The notes below the pieces were generated by a model that was not told where the DNA came from, ran no database searches, and saw only the letters and a program-made list of their open reading frames with translations. The position numbers were made by a program, and so were the translations under genes. Positions 32,858 through 44,120 of a DNA stretch of 64,000 nt are shown here, piece after piece. The first letter of the stretch is position 1, and each line of letters starts with the position of its first letter. The stretch is from Massalongia carnosa (taxonomy: Eukaryota): positions 186,001 through 250,000 of the forward strand of contig OZ287067.1 in the NCBI GenBank assembly GCA_965645245.1, written 5' to 3'.

Positions 32858-34491
32858 GCCTCAGATTCCGCTCCCGAATCTGTTTCTACTGTTCTCATGG
32901 TGCTCAAATTCTTGTCCCTGTATTGAGGACAAATGGTATCGTTTCCTCGATGTCCTGATCCCCTGCATGCCCAGCATCGGCGTTGACGGGAGAGGGACTC
33001 GCGCTCGTCGTCCTTCAGCTTCTTTGGGTTTGGGTCTGGATCATACCAGGTGCCTACCCAACCGGCCGGTTTGAATATCGTTGGCATCAGTTTCGCATTC
33101 GGCCGATCATCAGATTTCTTGGAGCTGGTTTGATTGATGGAGGATGAGGCGGACTTTCCGCCGGAGGACTGGGTTGAGGATTGTCCGCTGGAGAAGTTGC
33201 TTCGTTGGCTGGAATTCTTCGTTGCGGCTGGTTTATCGGGACGAGGAAAGTGGTGCGCCACATCTTTGCGGCGGTCTTCGATTCTTCGTGCTTCGTCAAG
33301 TAAAGGGCGGAAATCAGTAAAGACTGAACCCATAAGAGAGTTGGAGATGCTAGGCTTTAACGTCACGAGGAACTTCTCAATTCGCTCGTCAACGGGAGTT
33401 TTAGCTTTCTGCCATAGCTTGAAGATTCGGTGATAATACTCGCTGACGCTTTCGCCCCCTTTCATGGTGACGGTGAGGAGTTCTTTCTTGGCGTCGCGAC
33501 TCTGGAGGTGAATGCCCATATAGTGCTCTATCTCTTCGAATAAAGCGTCGGCCGATAGTGAGTCTCCCATATCCACTATCCAAGAGTGCATAGCCCCGAA
33601 GATCGGCGCTTCCATTTGAGACAGCGCGTAACCGACCTTTTCGTTCTCATCGGCGTAGAGGGGTGCGTCTGTCTTCAGTTTATTGCGGACGGAGTACGCC
33701 CAAGGACTATACTCCTCCGAGTCCTCACCTTTAAGTGGCTTGCTAGGGTTTATACCACGGGGTCGCCAATTCTGGGGGTTGGTGTTGGTGCTTCGGGTAG
33801 TAACGGTATCTTCTCGTTGATGACGTGGTGTTTCCCGTGTTTCCGCTAACTGGCGGACCAGGGAGTCTATGTCTTTCTGTAATCTCTCTTTTGCTATAGT
33901 CATTGCCTTTAATTCGATATCTCTATGCGATAGTTCTTCTTGCGCGAGAAGGGCCTCTCGTTCGGCATCGTCTTTTTCCGTGATGAGACGTTCATGTACT
34001 TGTTTGTAACGTCTGTTGATCTTTTTGACCTCGCCAAGCTTCTCCAGGTCGCCCTGCAAGGAGATGTATTTGTTGAATAGGGTCTTGTCGTATTCGAGCG
34101 CTCTCGCGAGGAAGTCATACCATCGGGGTCCTTCTTTCTCGTCTCGCAAGATGCTCTGCAATTCCTTCAAATTGTGTGCTGCAACGTGGGACGGATGTTC
34201 CGCGGCTTCCTTCTCGTAATATGGATGATCGGAGACATCGATCTTCTGAAAAAACTTCTTTTCTTTTTCACGTCCTGCTCTTGGGGTTTTTTCCCACGTC
34301 CCCTCCGTGGTTTCTTTAATCTGTTCGTTCTGAAGTAATTCGGAGTCTTCAAACGTTCCCGGCATGCTGCTATCCGAGCGAGACGAATGATGGGAGACGG
34401 AACGAGCACGGGTGTTAAATGCTGGGCCGGTCTGGGCCTCTGCGGGAGGGGCTACGGCCTTTCTCGCCGTCATGGGCGTTTTTGAGCTCAT
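32845..34491 (-). CDS. gag: G3 Gag (548 aa)
   Basis: Homologous to G2 Gag (GPAFNTRARS, YALSQM..PIF, EYYHR.FKLWQ, CWACRGSGH). Confidence 0.92.
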   Translation of the reverse strand: MSSKTPMTARKAVAPPAEAQTGPAFNTRARSVSHHSSRSDSSMPGTFEDSELLQNEQIKETTEGTWEKTPRAGREKEKKFFQKIDVSDHPYYEKEAAEHPSHVAAHNLKELQSILRDEKEGPRWYDFLARALEYDKTLFNKYISLQGDLEKLGEVKKINRRYKQVHERLITEKDDAEREALLAQEELSHRDIELKAMTIAKERLQKDIDSLVRQLAETRETPRHQREDTVTTRSTNTNPQNWRPRGINPSKPLKGEDSEEYSPWAYSVRNKLKTDAPLYADENEKVGYALSQMEAPIFGAMHSWIVDMGDSLSADALFEEIEHYMGIHLQSRDAKKELLTVTMKGGESVSEYYHRIFKLWQKAKTPVDERIEKFLVTLKPSISNSLMGSVFTDFRPLLDEARRIEDRRKDVAHHFPRPDKPAATKNSSQRSNFSSGQSSTQSSGGKSASSSINQTSSKKSDDRPNAKLMPTIFKPAGWVGTWYDPDPNPKKLKDDERESLSRQRRCWACRGSGHRGNDTICPQYRDKNLSTMRTVETDSGAESEAGKA

Positions 34492-35463
34492 GACTGGATT
34501 CTGAAAATGGGATAGCTTGATTCCCTGATTCTAAAAGTTCTGGAAGTTCTGGAATTTGGATCGGTTTGGATTCGCACAAACGATCAGTCTGGAAAGTTAC
34601 TGGAACGGGTTTTCACCCTATCTGGAAGAAAGTTGCTGGAACGGGACCTCGTCCCTACTGGAAGTTCTGGAAGAAAGAATACTAATAGGTAGATAAATTG
34701 TGTAAGGAAGCTGTCGTCGATTCTAATCAACCGCTATTAAACTAAAATTTATCTACAAAAGAAGAAAAGAAACATTGTGCGCGACTCGCTAGAAATATCT
34801 GCACCGAGTGTCGCGCTAGCCTCGCGTGCTCGCGTGCTCCCCCCTTCCATCTCAGCCTTATGTCAGGCTAGGACCCTGACACCAGGCCTCCCATGAGATC
34901 GAGGCTTATCTGAATAGCTTCAGTTGCTGCCTAACAAACTGGTAAGGCTGATTGCTGATGGCTTAGTATTGCTATCCGCCTTATCATGACTAAGCATCCG
35001 GATTATCAGTCACCCGGTCTTCTTAGGTGAGTCATCCCAGGAGCTAGCCCAGTCCTGTATTGCCGCGCTATTACACCTCCCGGGGTTTTACAATTGTACG
35101 CCTAGGGCTTGCCTGCTAAAGTCGCACAATTGCGTCAGATGGCTATCGAATTATTGCGAGCAAGGGGAAATCATACTGCCCTGGGAGTTAATTGGTAACA
35201 GCATTTTTTACATCGTCATCCCGATTTGCAGGCCAAATATAGTCGCATATTGGATCAAGAACGATTATTTGCAGAGAACGAAGAGATTTTAAACATTGGT
35301 TCGAGCTTATTCTTTCCGTCAAACAAAAACACGGAATTCTTGATGAAGCCATCTATAATATAGATAAAAAAGGGTTCATGATTGGGGTAGCCGCTAGTGC
35401 TAAAGTGGTAATATCCAAGCACGAAAAGCAGGCTTTTTCAGCACAATTAGGTAATCGAGAATA

Positions 35464-35545
35464 TGTAATACGGATGGTGCTAGAGGGATACGTGATCGCC
35501 TACGGCGGTTGCGGGATTAACTAGCATGAGCCAAGCCGTAGTACT
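35464..35545. repeat. 5' fragment of the 25569-26581 LTR family
   Basis: tgtaatacggatgg...gccgtagtac matches 25569-25649; cut off by element E. Confidence 0.8.
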
Positions 35546-35547
35546 TA

Positions 35548-37253
35548 CGAAGGATGACGCTGAAAGTCCTTACCAACGCTAAATATGCAGCTAAAAAAGC
35601 CACTTTACATGGGTATATTTGCATGGATAGATATTTATTAAATATTCAATCCATCGAATAATCGCATGAAGCTATTTAGAATTACTACCTCCATCATCTT
35701 TATCACTCACAGTCATCGCTGTCAGTACTTTCTCGTTTGAGATGAGCGTGATGATATCGAACACGGCGATCTTCTGTATTATACGGTCGTACGACTCCGA
35801 TCTCTCTACCTTCTCTATACTCGTTACCTCCGTCCAACAATATCACATCGTCAACATGTCGCTTTACACGTTCAATCCAGGACTGAATTCTTTTCTGTGT
35901 CAACTCCTCTGTCCAGCACTTTGTCCAGGCCTTTTTAGCCTCAATACGAGTCCGCGGAGCTCCTAAGCGAGTGGTTCTTCGCTTTATCCAGAACCAACAA
36001 GGCTCGATTATGTTCAGATCAGGAGAGTTTCCAGGCCATAACAGACGCATGACGTTGAAATCCATAAAGATCAGATTTTGATGTTTGGATGCGTGACTGA
36101 GGCCTTGTCTTCCTGTACGATAGTGTTTGGTCGATCTATCATGCATTCTTTTGCAAACGGAAGAAGCTTAGGAATTAAGACGAGTTTTTGATAACGATAC
36201 CAGTCCACACCTCCCTTGCCATCTCGAACGACTTTACCGTGTGTTTAATCCCATTTCCAGATAGGTTTTCGACCTCCTGGATTACGTAGCTTCATTCGTC
36301 TCATGCTGGTTTCTAACTCCCAATTCTCTTTAGCTTCTGATTCTAAAGTCTCATTGAGATTATCTAACTCAATTTGAGCCTCTCTTTTTTCTTTTGCAGT
36401 CTCTGTTTTCCAGATATGAAAAGGTCCTTTCTTAACGTACGAAAAACAGCCCCGAAACAAAAACTCGGAGCATCCTTTCCATCTACTTCGAATACACGTT
36501 TTAGCATACATTTCTTTCGAGTTACGCCACTGAAGTCTTCTTCCACGTCTAGAACCCAATATAATGCTTGTTTCGCCAGTCCATATAACGTTCTTCCAAT
36601 CATCAATAGTCCAGTGCTGATATCGCAAACAAAATTGCAGACGAGCCTCTTTCAGGGTCGAATCTAGACCTGGCTTTTTCGTGCTTTTACAGGGGCGAAA
36701 CCCATTCTGTTTAAGCGTACGAAGCATAGTAGTGGAGGAGAGTTTATTATCAAAGCCAATCATAGCTGATGATTTTTCTCTGCTATTTCGATCTTGCACT
36801 ACATTATTCAATATAGCTTGCTCTACATCCGGTGTAACCTTTTTAGGTCGTCCTGAACGAGGTGCATCTTCTATATATTCTACTTTTAAAACAGGAGATA
36901 CAGCTGGATCATATCCACTCTGTCGTGCTTTGATTTTGAGAGCTGAAATCGATCTTGTGGAGACTCCAGTCATTGCTTGCACGATTTTCGCCGCAATTCC
37001 GTGTTCTACAAGCGCTAAAGCCTGTATTCTTTGTGCAATCGTGAGACTATTGCTCGGTGCATTGGGCATGATAATAATAATGATTAAAACCTTCTACTGA
37101 ATATCAGATGTAGTAGTACTATCTTTTTGACGAAGAGAACAGAAGCAATTCGAGATTTTCTAGACTATTTTAGTACTGTATTCCCCTTGTAAGCTAATAA
37201 CCACTAATGCACGTCTCATGTACGCTAGCAAGGACTTTCAGCGTCATCCTTCG
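35548..37253 (-). mobile_element. Tc1-like element E with a disrupted DD34E-type transposase (35703-37069)
   Basis: TIR cgaaggatgacgctgaaagtcctt at both ends, TA flanks (35546-47, 37254-55); WKNVIWTGET and WPGNSPDLNIIE motifs; stop and frameshift. Confidence 0.9.
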
Positions 37254-37426
37254 TACAGTCGACTGCAAAAGGTTGGTCGGGACCCTGAATTTGGGACCAC
37301 ACATCAAATATTTACGCGAAAATGGCAAAATGCCGGCAAAAATCCGAAAACTACCCTCACCGCCTGCATTCCAATAAAGTCGTACTACTGGTCAGTATTG
37401 AAGCGATTTGTAGATTAGTATATTTG

Positions 37427-39206
37427 CAGTACTAGGCCAAAAGTCTGCGGCCCCGCACCCCACTAACATTTCAATCATTCTATTCAACCAATAATCAACA
37501 ACGTCACGATTGCTGAAATGTCTTGAAACTTTACATAATGTCAAGGACTGGGTTAGGGATTGAACTAATGTTCCTAAGACTGGGATTGGGTAATCAAGAT
37601 GTCTTTATTAATGAAGCTATAGCTAGGGGATGGTTTGCTATACAAGACGTCGGACGAGGAGTCAACTATCTACAGGATATGTCCTCTTTTTATACCTGAG
37701 CCAGCCCCTTCTTTCTCATGTTTTACCTTCACCCTAGATGAGAGATTTAGGTGATGGTGGCGGCGATAAGGTGGAGCGATAAGTGGGCCCGTGGATGTGA
37801 TCGTTCTAGCGATAAGAGGGTATAGTGGAGTGAGGAGATTGGTGGAGTGGAGTAAGGGGTTTATTCAGACTCATACCGAGGATGAATCTGAATAGGCTTT
37901 CAGGTGGCTTTTACCTCGATCGCCGCTTGACGGTTCGGTAATCATTAGGTTTTAACTCAAACTTTATTTCATGACACATAATGATTACATACATACTAAA
38001 CAAGAATTCCCCCAAAATTTGATTTTTAATATTTAGTATACCATCCTTTCGACGCTATACACGCTTTTATCCTCCTATTCATGCTCTCTATTAACTTCCT
38101 CATCATTTTCACATCTATCAACGTCCAGGCTTCTTCTAACGCTTTCTAAAGTACCTCACGAACAGTTTCATCACTGCCGCTCACCAAATCTATGTTCGGG
38201 TTGACTTGATAGACGAGCTTTTTGAGCACATACCAAACGTGCTCGATAGGATTTAAATCAGGAGAATAGGGGGCCCAATCGATGACCTCTATGCCGTTCT
38301 CATTGAACCATTCCATCACCTTTTTAGCCTTATGTATAGGTGCGTTATCCTGTATGAAAATGAGGCCCAATTGCCAAATTCCAAGCAGATTATCGTTCAA
38401 TAATTCCATATATGAGTTCGCCGAGTACCCCATCTTCTTCGCAGCAAAATCACGAGCCAATTTGTAAAGATCTGACCTGTCATCTCCCCAAAAAGCTGCC
38501 CAGACCATGACACTGACTCCTTTGCCTTTGAGGACAGGTTGTATCATCTCTTTATTCCATTTTTCTTTCGGCAATCTGAACACCCACTGACGCTGTTTTC
38601 CTTACCCCTTTTCCACCGAGCACTCATCTGACAATATAACTCTTGACCACTGCTCAAAAGTCCACTCACGCCGCAGCAAGCACCAATCCAATCGTTTCTT
38701 GGCCACCTCAGGCGTCAATAAAGGTCGTTTTTTAGCCACCCAGTTGGTTAAACCATACAGTTTGAGTGCCCGATAGATGGTCGTACGACTGCAAGCGAGC
38801 CCCACTTCTAGTTGGATTTGTGCATAAGTGATTCGTGGATTGATTCGTGCATGCTTGATGATATAACGTCGATCGCGTTCTGACAGCACTTCAGGCCGTC
38901 CAGAACGTGATTTAGACACGCCGTCGTTGCGAATTGGTGCTTCTGAATGGTGCTCTGCACGGTCGATTTAGTGAAATTAAGAGTCTTCCCAATCTTGGTC
39001 GGTGTGTGCCCCAACGCCTGGGCCCCAACAATCATACCACGTTGATATGGCGTCAATTCAGTGTTACGAGGCCGATTACCACTTATGGGGGTCAAAGAAG
39101 CACGAAGCATGGTGAAATGATGAGGTGGAAGATGGGGGGTTGATGAGTTGAAAACGCGAAATCACGAAAATCACGGGTTGGGCCGCAGACTTTTGGCACG
39201 GGACTC
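37427..39206 (-). mobile_element. impala/Tc1-like element C nested in the left TIR of D; disrupted DD34E transposase (~38030-39110)
   Basis: Imperfect TIR ..gccaaaagtctgcggccc; flanks TG/TA; ILSDECSVE, FIQDNAPIH-(34)-SPDLNPIE. Confidence 0.88.
37539..37976 (-). repeat. Solo LTR of the G4 family inside C
   Basis: Reverse complement of 47510-47946; TSD CATAA. Confidence 0.95.
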
Positions 39207-39266
39207 TAGATGCCATTCCCCGTCTTTTTTCCCTCCCTCTGCCATTCCCCATTTTTTATCTCAGAT

Positions 39267-41420
39267 ATGAAACTCGTGAACCGAGAGCAAAAAGATCAAA
39301 TTCCGGCCCCCCCCCCCCGGCCGGAAAAGAGCCTTTCAAAGGTAAGAGAATCAAACTGACTTTTGGGAGGGCCGAGAGCCAGAGCCATTGTTGCCGCCGG
39401 CATCGATGAAGCCTCGCCGGAATCGACGTCGGCCCCTCCCAAGCCAAAGCCTCCCCTCAAGTCAAAGCCCCCCTTCAAGCCAAAGGCCCCCCTCAAGCCA
39501 AAGGCCCCTCCCAAGCCAAAGGTCCCTCCCAAGCCAAAGGCGCCTCCCAAGTCAAAGGTCCAGCCTCACCAGTCAAAGACTTTCGAATCGAATTATTATA
39601 GTCCCTTTGTCATTACGGAGGATTCCTCCGACGACTGGACGGATGAAGACGAGAAGCAGAGGTGGCAGGGTCAGTGGAGAAAGGAGAACGCGATGAAAGC
39701 TGTAGATGCCGAAGATGATTCCGAAGATGATGCCGAAGATGATGCCGAAGATCTCAATGTGCCTAGTAACTCGATTGTCAGTAAGAAGTCTAGAAAAGCA
39801 AGAAGAAAGGAACCCTCCCGTTTATCCCCTTCGCCACTGCCTCCGACGGTAATCAAATATCTACTAAATGTGATGTCGTATGAGAAGCACGTCGTTTTCG
39901 AGACGGTGATTCCATACGAAGTCAATTCAACTACGTCGAAAAGATTCTTTTTGAGAAGCTACATCGGGGACATGAGTTTGAAAGCCGAGACGTATGCGAA
40001 TTCCAAAATGTATGCTTGTCATTTTGTCGATATCAAAGCGACCGTGTTATGGAATGGAATCAAACCGCATGAAAGATCATCTCTCATGTTGATCGAATCC
40101 TGGCAGCCCATTGAGGAGGTTCTAATTCATTTAGAAGACAGCAGCATTCGAAAGAAAAGCTTCGCGGTTGATCTTATTTTCAACTTCAGTCGTACCAAAG
40201 ATGGCGTCATTCCTCCCGATGATCCTATTGCTGCTGCCACAGCTGTCGCCACCAAGAAATTGGGAACCGCGACCATGAAGCTGCAAAAAGAGATGGAGGA
40301 ACGAGCCATGTTGCAAGGCATGACGGCCGAAAGAATGTCCGAATTGCAAAGTCTGCATCTCTGTGAAAAACGCGCATGTAGGAATTTCGGACAGTACTGT
40401 TGGAATGATGAGACGAAGAATCAGCAATATCCTCTCAACAGTGCTCATTTCGTGACCTGGAATAAAGCACTAGATGATGGAATTTCAGGCGTTGATTCTC
40501 GAACACCTCCACCGAAGATCAGGGAGAATTTATTCTCCCTGAATAAAGGTAAGAAAAAGACTGAATCATCATCTCCAAAACAGGAAACCTCGTCTCAGGA
40601 AATGCCCTTTGGAGGTGGGCATTCCATTTATCAACATCCCATGTAGCAACACCACTCGTACCAAATCCCCCACTCGACATTTCCCCCCTCGTCATTGGCA
40701 TTCCCCTCGACATTTCCCTCGGCATTCCCCTCGGCATTTCTCCACTCGGCATTTCCCCCCTCGGCATTTTATCCTTCTCAGTATGCTCCTTCTACATTAC
40801 CTGACTCGAGACGAGCCCGTGAGGAAACGCCGTTAGATTGGAGAGATTCGAGATCATCCAGAAGCAGTCGAAGCGTGAGTCGATTTCTCCCTCTCCCCTC
40901 CGTCGCCCGCAGCAGTCCAGTGGAAGAAGATCTGGAAGACTATGTCAGTTGGCTCGTTCAAATGAAGCCTCATTTGAAAGGAGTGCTCACCAACGCCTGC
41001 GATCGATTGATGGAAGGTGGGTACGATCTGATGACCGTTCAATCCTTGAAAGGCATCGAGCATCAGACGTTCTGGCAGGAGCTAGGAATTCCTCCGGGAA
41101 TCGGGATTCAACTGGCGCGAGACGTCAGTAAATTTAGAAGAGAAATATCTTGGCAAATGCCTTTGCAAATGTCTCGACAAATGTCTCGACAGATATCTCA
41201 GCAAATGCCCCCGCCTCCCTCTCGGCGTCAACGCCATTTACCGACATCGCAAATGGCCACTCAGGCGGTCACTCAGGCGGTCACTCGGGTGGATAAGGGG
41301 ATGGAGGATGGGGAGGTGGACGGGGGCGGGGAGGTAGGATCTGAAGTGAGAGATACAATTGAGGAAGATGAGCCGCATAGTCTAGAATAAGATTATGCCG
41401 AAGACGAAGATGAGGATTAG
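39267..41420 (+). pseudogene. Second gene of element D, unknown function; 5' end uncertain
   Basis: ORFs 39363..40646 and 40695..41390 share a frame and are separated by one TAG; a further TAA precedes an acidic tail ending at 41420. Pro/Lys repeats, acidic tract, CEKRACRNFGQYCW..LNSAHFVTW..TPP motif, FPSA repeats, SAM-like WQELGIPPGIGIQL. Confidence 0.7.
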
Positions 41421-41435
41421 ATACTATGTATCTAA

Positions 41436-42471
41436 TCAGATTGAAATGGTGGGATACTGAATGCCAGCCAATCTAAATAAATTTCCCGGGTCTCCCATTC
41501 TCAGATCTTTGACTGCATCCCGAAGAAATTGTCCGAATCCCCCATACTCCTCCGTGTACGAAAGACTCATTTCTCCATTCCGTCGAATCCATGCCTTTAG
41601 CAATGCAAACGACGTTCCAATTGGATTGAAATCTGGAGAATAAGGAGATAGTCGTGCCAAGGTGACGTTGGCTGTCTCGCACATCTGAATAAGGTCCTGA
41701 TTCCAATGAATGCTGGCATTATCTAGTACTAAAACAGATCTAGAACCTCCATTGGCAGTCGTCTGAGGAAGAACCTGATTTCGAACGAAGTCGTTGAAAA
41801 TTTCGGCAGTTATGGAGCCCTGATGCACCTCCCAAGCTATATATCCATCGACGGTAAATGCAGGAAGAATGCTCCATCTCTTTGACCTTTTCAAATCCTG
41901 AATCATGATTGGAGGGACGCCTGCCTGAGCCCATCCGTATCGTCGATCACCTAGTGAGAAAGTCAGAAAAATGACGAAGATGGGATGAAAGATGAGATAG
42001 GAAATAACCGGTTCTTTCGCAAGCTGCACTTTCGTCCAAAAAGATCAATTGCTCTGCAGTCAATTCTCCGAGTCTCTGCATCCATCCATCTCGAAGGCCT
42101 TGATTTCTTTGAGCTGCTTGTTTGATCACCTTCTTTCGATTCCAACCAAGCCTTTTTAGGGCACGACCAACGGTGGTCTCATCTGCAGAGATCTGAAATT
42201 CGTCCCAAATGAACCAGCACATTTCGTCCAGATAGGCAGGCGGACGTTGCTCCAGATATTTAATCTCATGAAATTGACTGAGTTTACGAGGGCGATGTCC
42301 AATTGACAATTGAGGTAGAACCACATCTCCAAAATGAGTCCAATTACGTCTCATTCGTTGAATCTGTTTGATGCCAACACCAGTGACAGATGCAATTGTC
42401 TTATTGCTGTCACCTCGTACAAAACGAAGCGTGATTGTCTCACGAAGGGTCTCACTGAGAGGGGGGGGCAT
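41436..42471 (-). CDS. IS630/Tc1-type transposase of D, 2 exons (42471-42009, 41950-41436), 325 aa; third catalytic E changed to G
   Basis: 58-nt GT..CTGAC..TAG intron at 41951-42008 joins FLDESAACERTG to DRRYGWA in frame; VLDNASIH-(34)-SPDFNPIG. Confidence 0.85.
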
Positions 42472-42926
42472 TTTGGGAAAATGGCAGAGGAGAGAGGGAA
42501 AAAAGACGGGGAATGGCATCTACATATACTAATCTACAAGTCGCTTCAATACTGACCAGTAGTACGACTTCATTGGCATGTAGGCGGTGAGGGTAGTTTT
42601 TCGGATATTTGCCGGTATTTTGCCATTTTCGCGTAAATATTTGATGTGTGGTCCCAAATTCAGGGTCGCGACCAACCTTTTGCAGTCGACTGTATCTGAT
42701 ATTCTAAGCGGCGGAGGAGCAATTTCAATCCCGAAACCCGTCAATTATTTACTGCTCCGCTATCGAACGCAAGCAACAAGTAATTTCCGACTTTTGGATT
42801 GTAGACTTGCAATAATCAGGACTTGAAAACTTCTTTTACCATTATACCGACAAGTAAATCGTAAGCCCCGTACTTATCTCTGGACTTGATTTCACTTAAT
42901 ACTTATCCCGCGATAGCACTCGAAAA

Positions 42927-43940
42927 ATGAATACCAGTCTCACAATGTCAAATGGTGCCAACGCCGACAATGGATGGATCACTCTTTTCGACGAGGAGAC
43001 TAGTGATTGGGGCGAGGGAACTTGTGAACATGCCCTGTCAGTGATGCTTAAGGATTATCTGGTTTCAGACGGAGATTCTATCGCAGTGGACACAGCACGT
43101 CGACTACATGGGTTTTACGAACAAGATTATCTCATTTCGGATCCACTCATGAAGTTTGAGGTTGATCAAGGAATGGGAGGGTTCCTAAGCAGCTTCTACG
43201 AAATTATCTTCACTCTCGCAAGACTCATCCCGTACAATTGCTCCGAACAGGACAAACTTGTGCGGCTTTTGCTAGAGCTTCGTCAGTTACCTCCAAGGCA
43301 GTTCAAGTTATGGAGGGTATTTCATGTTCTTTTTTGCGCTGTCTTCATCGTAGTGTTGATCTTGACATCATCGCCAGGAGGACTGCCTTGTGTGGACTCG
43401 TGAACCAGTGTCCGCGGTGTTGATGGAGGACAACTGGAACGGAAATCACCGTACGTCGGAATGAGTCTATCTCATTTGTATCTTAAGTATAGGTACTAAT
43501 AATGTCTAAAAACAGCAAGCAATGCCAAGGAGAGGAGCGGCGGAGACGGCGAACACTCGTTTCAAGAGGTGTGTGACGAATGGGTTAACTTTTCAAGCTT
43601 CCTCGCACGCTGCATCGAAACCGGTCTCAATGACGCCTACGAAAACCGGTGCAAGTACCCGAGCATTGACATTTCGGAAGGTCTAGAGCAGGATATGCCG
43701 CGTGGACTGAAGCGCGACTGTAAGGTGATGGTGGCAGCCCAGTACATCTTGCTGGCTGGTCAAACCTTAGCCGATGACTTCTTGAAAAAGCCGGTCGGGG
43801 GCTTTAGACCGCGCAAATTGAGGCGCTGGGCAGAAAAGCTTAAAGAAATATCGACGCAGGAGCGCAGCAATACATGTTTGGCCGCCGCTACGGATCAAGC
43901 GTGCAAATATATGGTTTACCTACTCCCCGAAATATTTTAG
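42927..43940 (+). CDS. Intact 3-exon host-type gene, 295 aa, DUF3632-like
   Basis: Exons 42927-43316, 43378-43450 and 43516-43940 splice in frame via GT-AG introns of 61 and 65 nt. Motifs QDKLVRLLLEL, EWVNFSSFLAR, VAAQYILLAG, RW resemble fungal DUF3632 proteins (from recall, not searched). Confidence 0.75.
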
Positions 43941-44120
43941 CTTTTCTGAGAATGATATTAGAGGTCGTGGCTAAAGATCGCCTGAGTACGCTGAGCAGGA
44001 TAAGTCTTGACATCTTGCTAGGGTTCCGTTTAAGTAGAGATAGTAAGAAAGAACAAAATGTGAATCACGTGTAATCGTCGGCCTCGAATAGCTGCCTCCA
44101 TACGAGGTGTACCACCTCTA

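Larger units (their letters stand above)
28584..34881 (-). mobile_element. Intact chromovirus G3 (6298 bp), relative of G2
   Basis: 181-bp LTRs at 28584-28764 and 34701-34881 read identical; TSD CCAGG; PPT aaggggggatag; open gag and pol. Confidence 0.96.
28277..35075. repeat. Decayed LTR-like insert (28277-28583 plus 34887-35075) hosting G3
   Basis: Non-coding block splitting the pogo ORF; ends ttaca; acacct occurs at both junctions, but exact ends are ambiguous. Confidence 0.45.
27873..35463 (+). mobile_element. 5' half of a pogo/Fot1-like DNA transposon, interrupted and 3'-truncated
   Basis: TA then actcactagtcaacgggac with an internal tcaacgggac repeat; HTH ITKAAALYGVLKSTLNARIQGR (~28165); after the inserts LRQMAIELL..LGVNW*QHFLHRHP and IYNIDKKGFMIG..GNREY (35100-35463). 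Confidence 0.75.
37256..42692 (-). mobile_element. Long-TIR two-gene IS630/Tc1 element D (~3.65 kb without nested C)
   Basis: TIR cagtcgactgcaaaaggttggtc..., ~215 bp (left 37256-37424 plus 39207-~39250, split by C; right ~42475-42692); TA on both sides. Confidence 0.92.
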
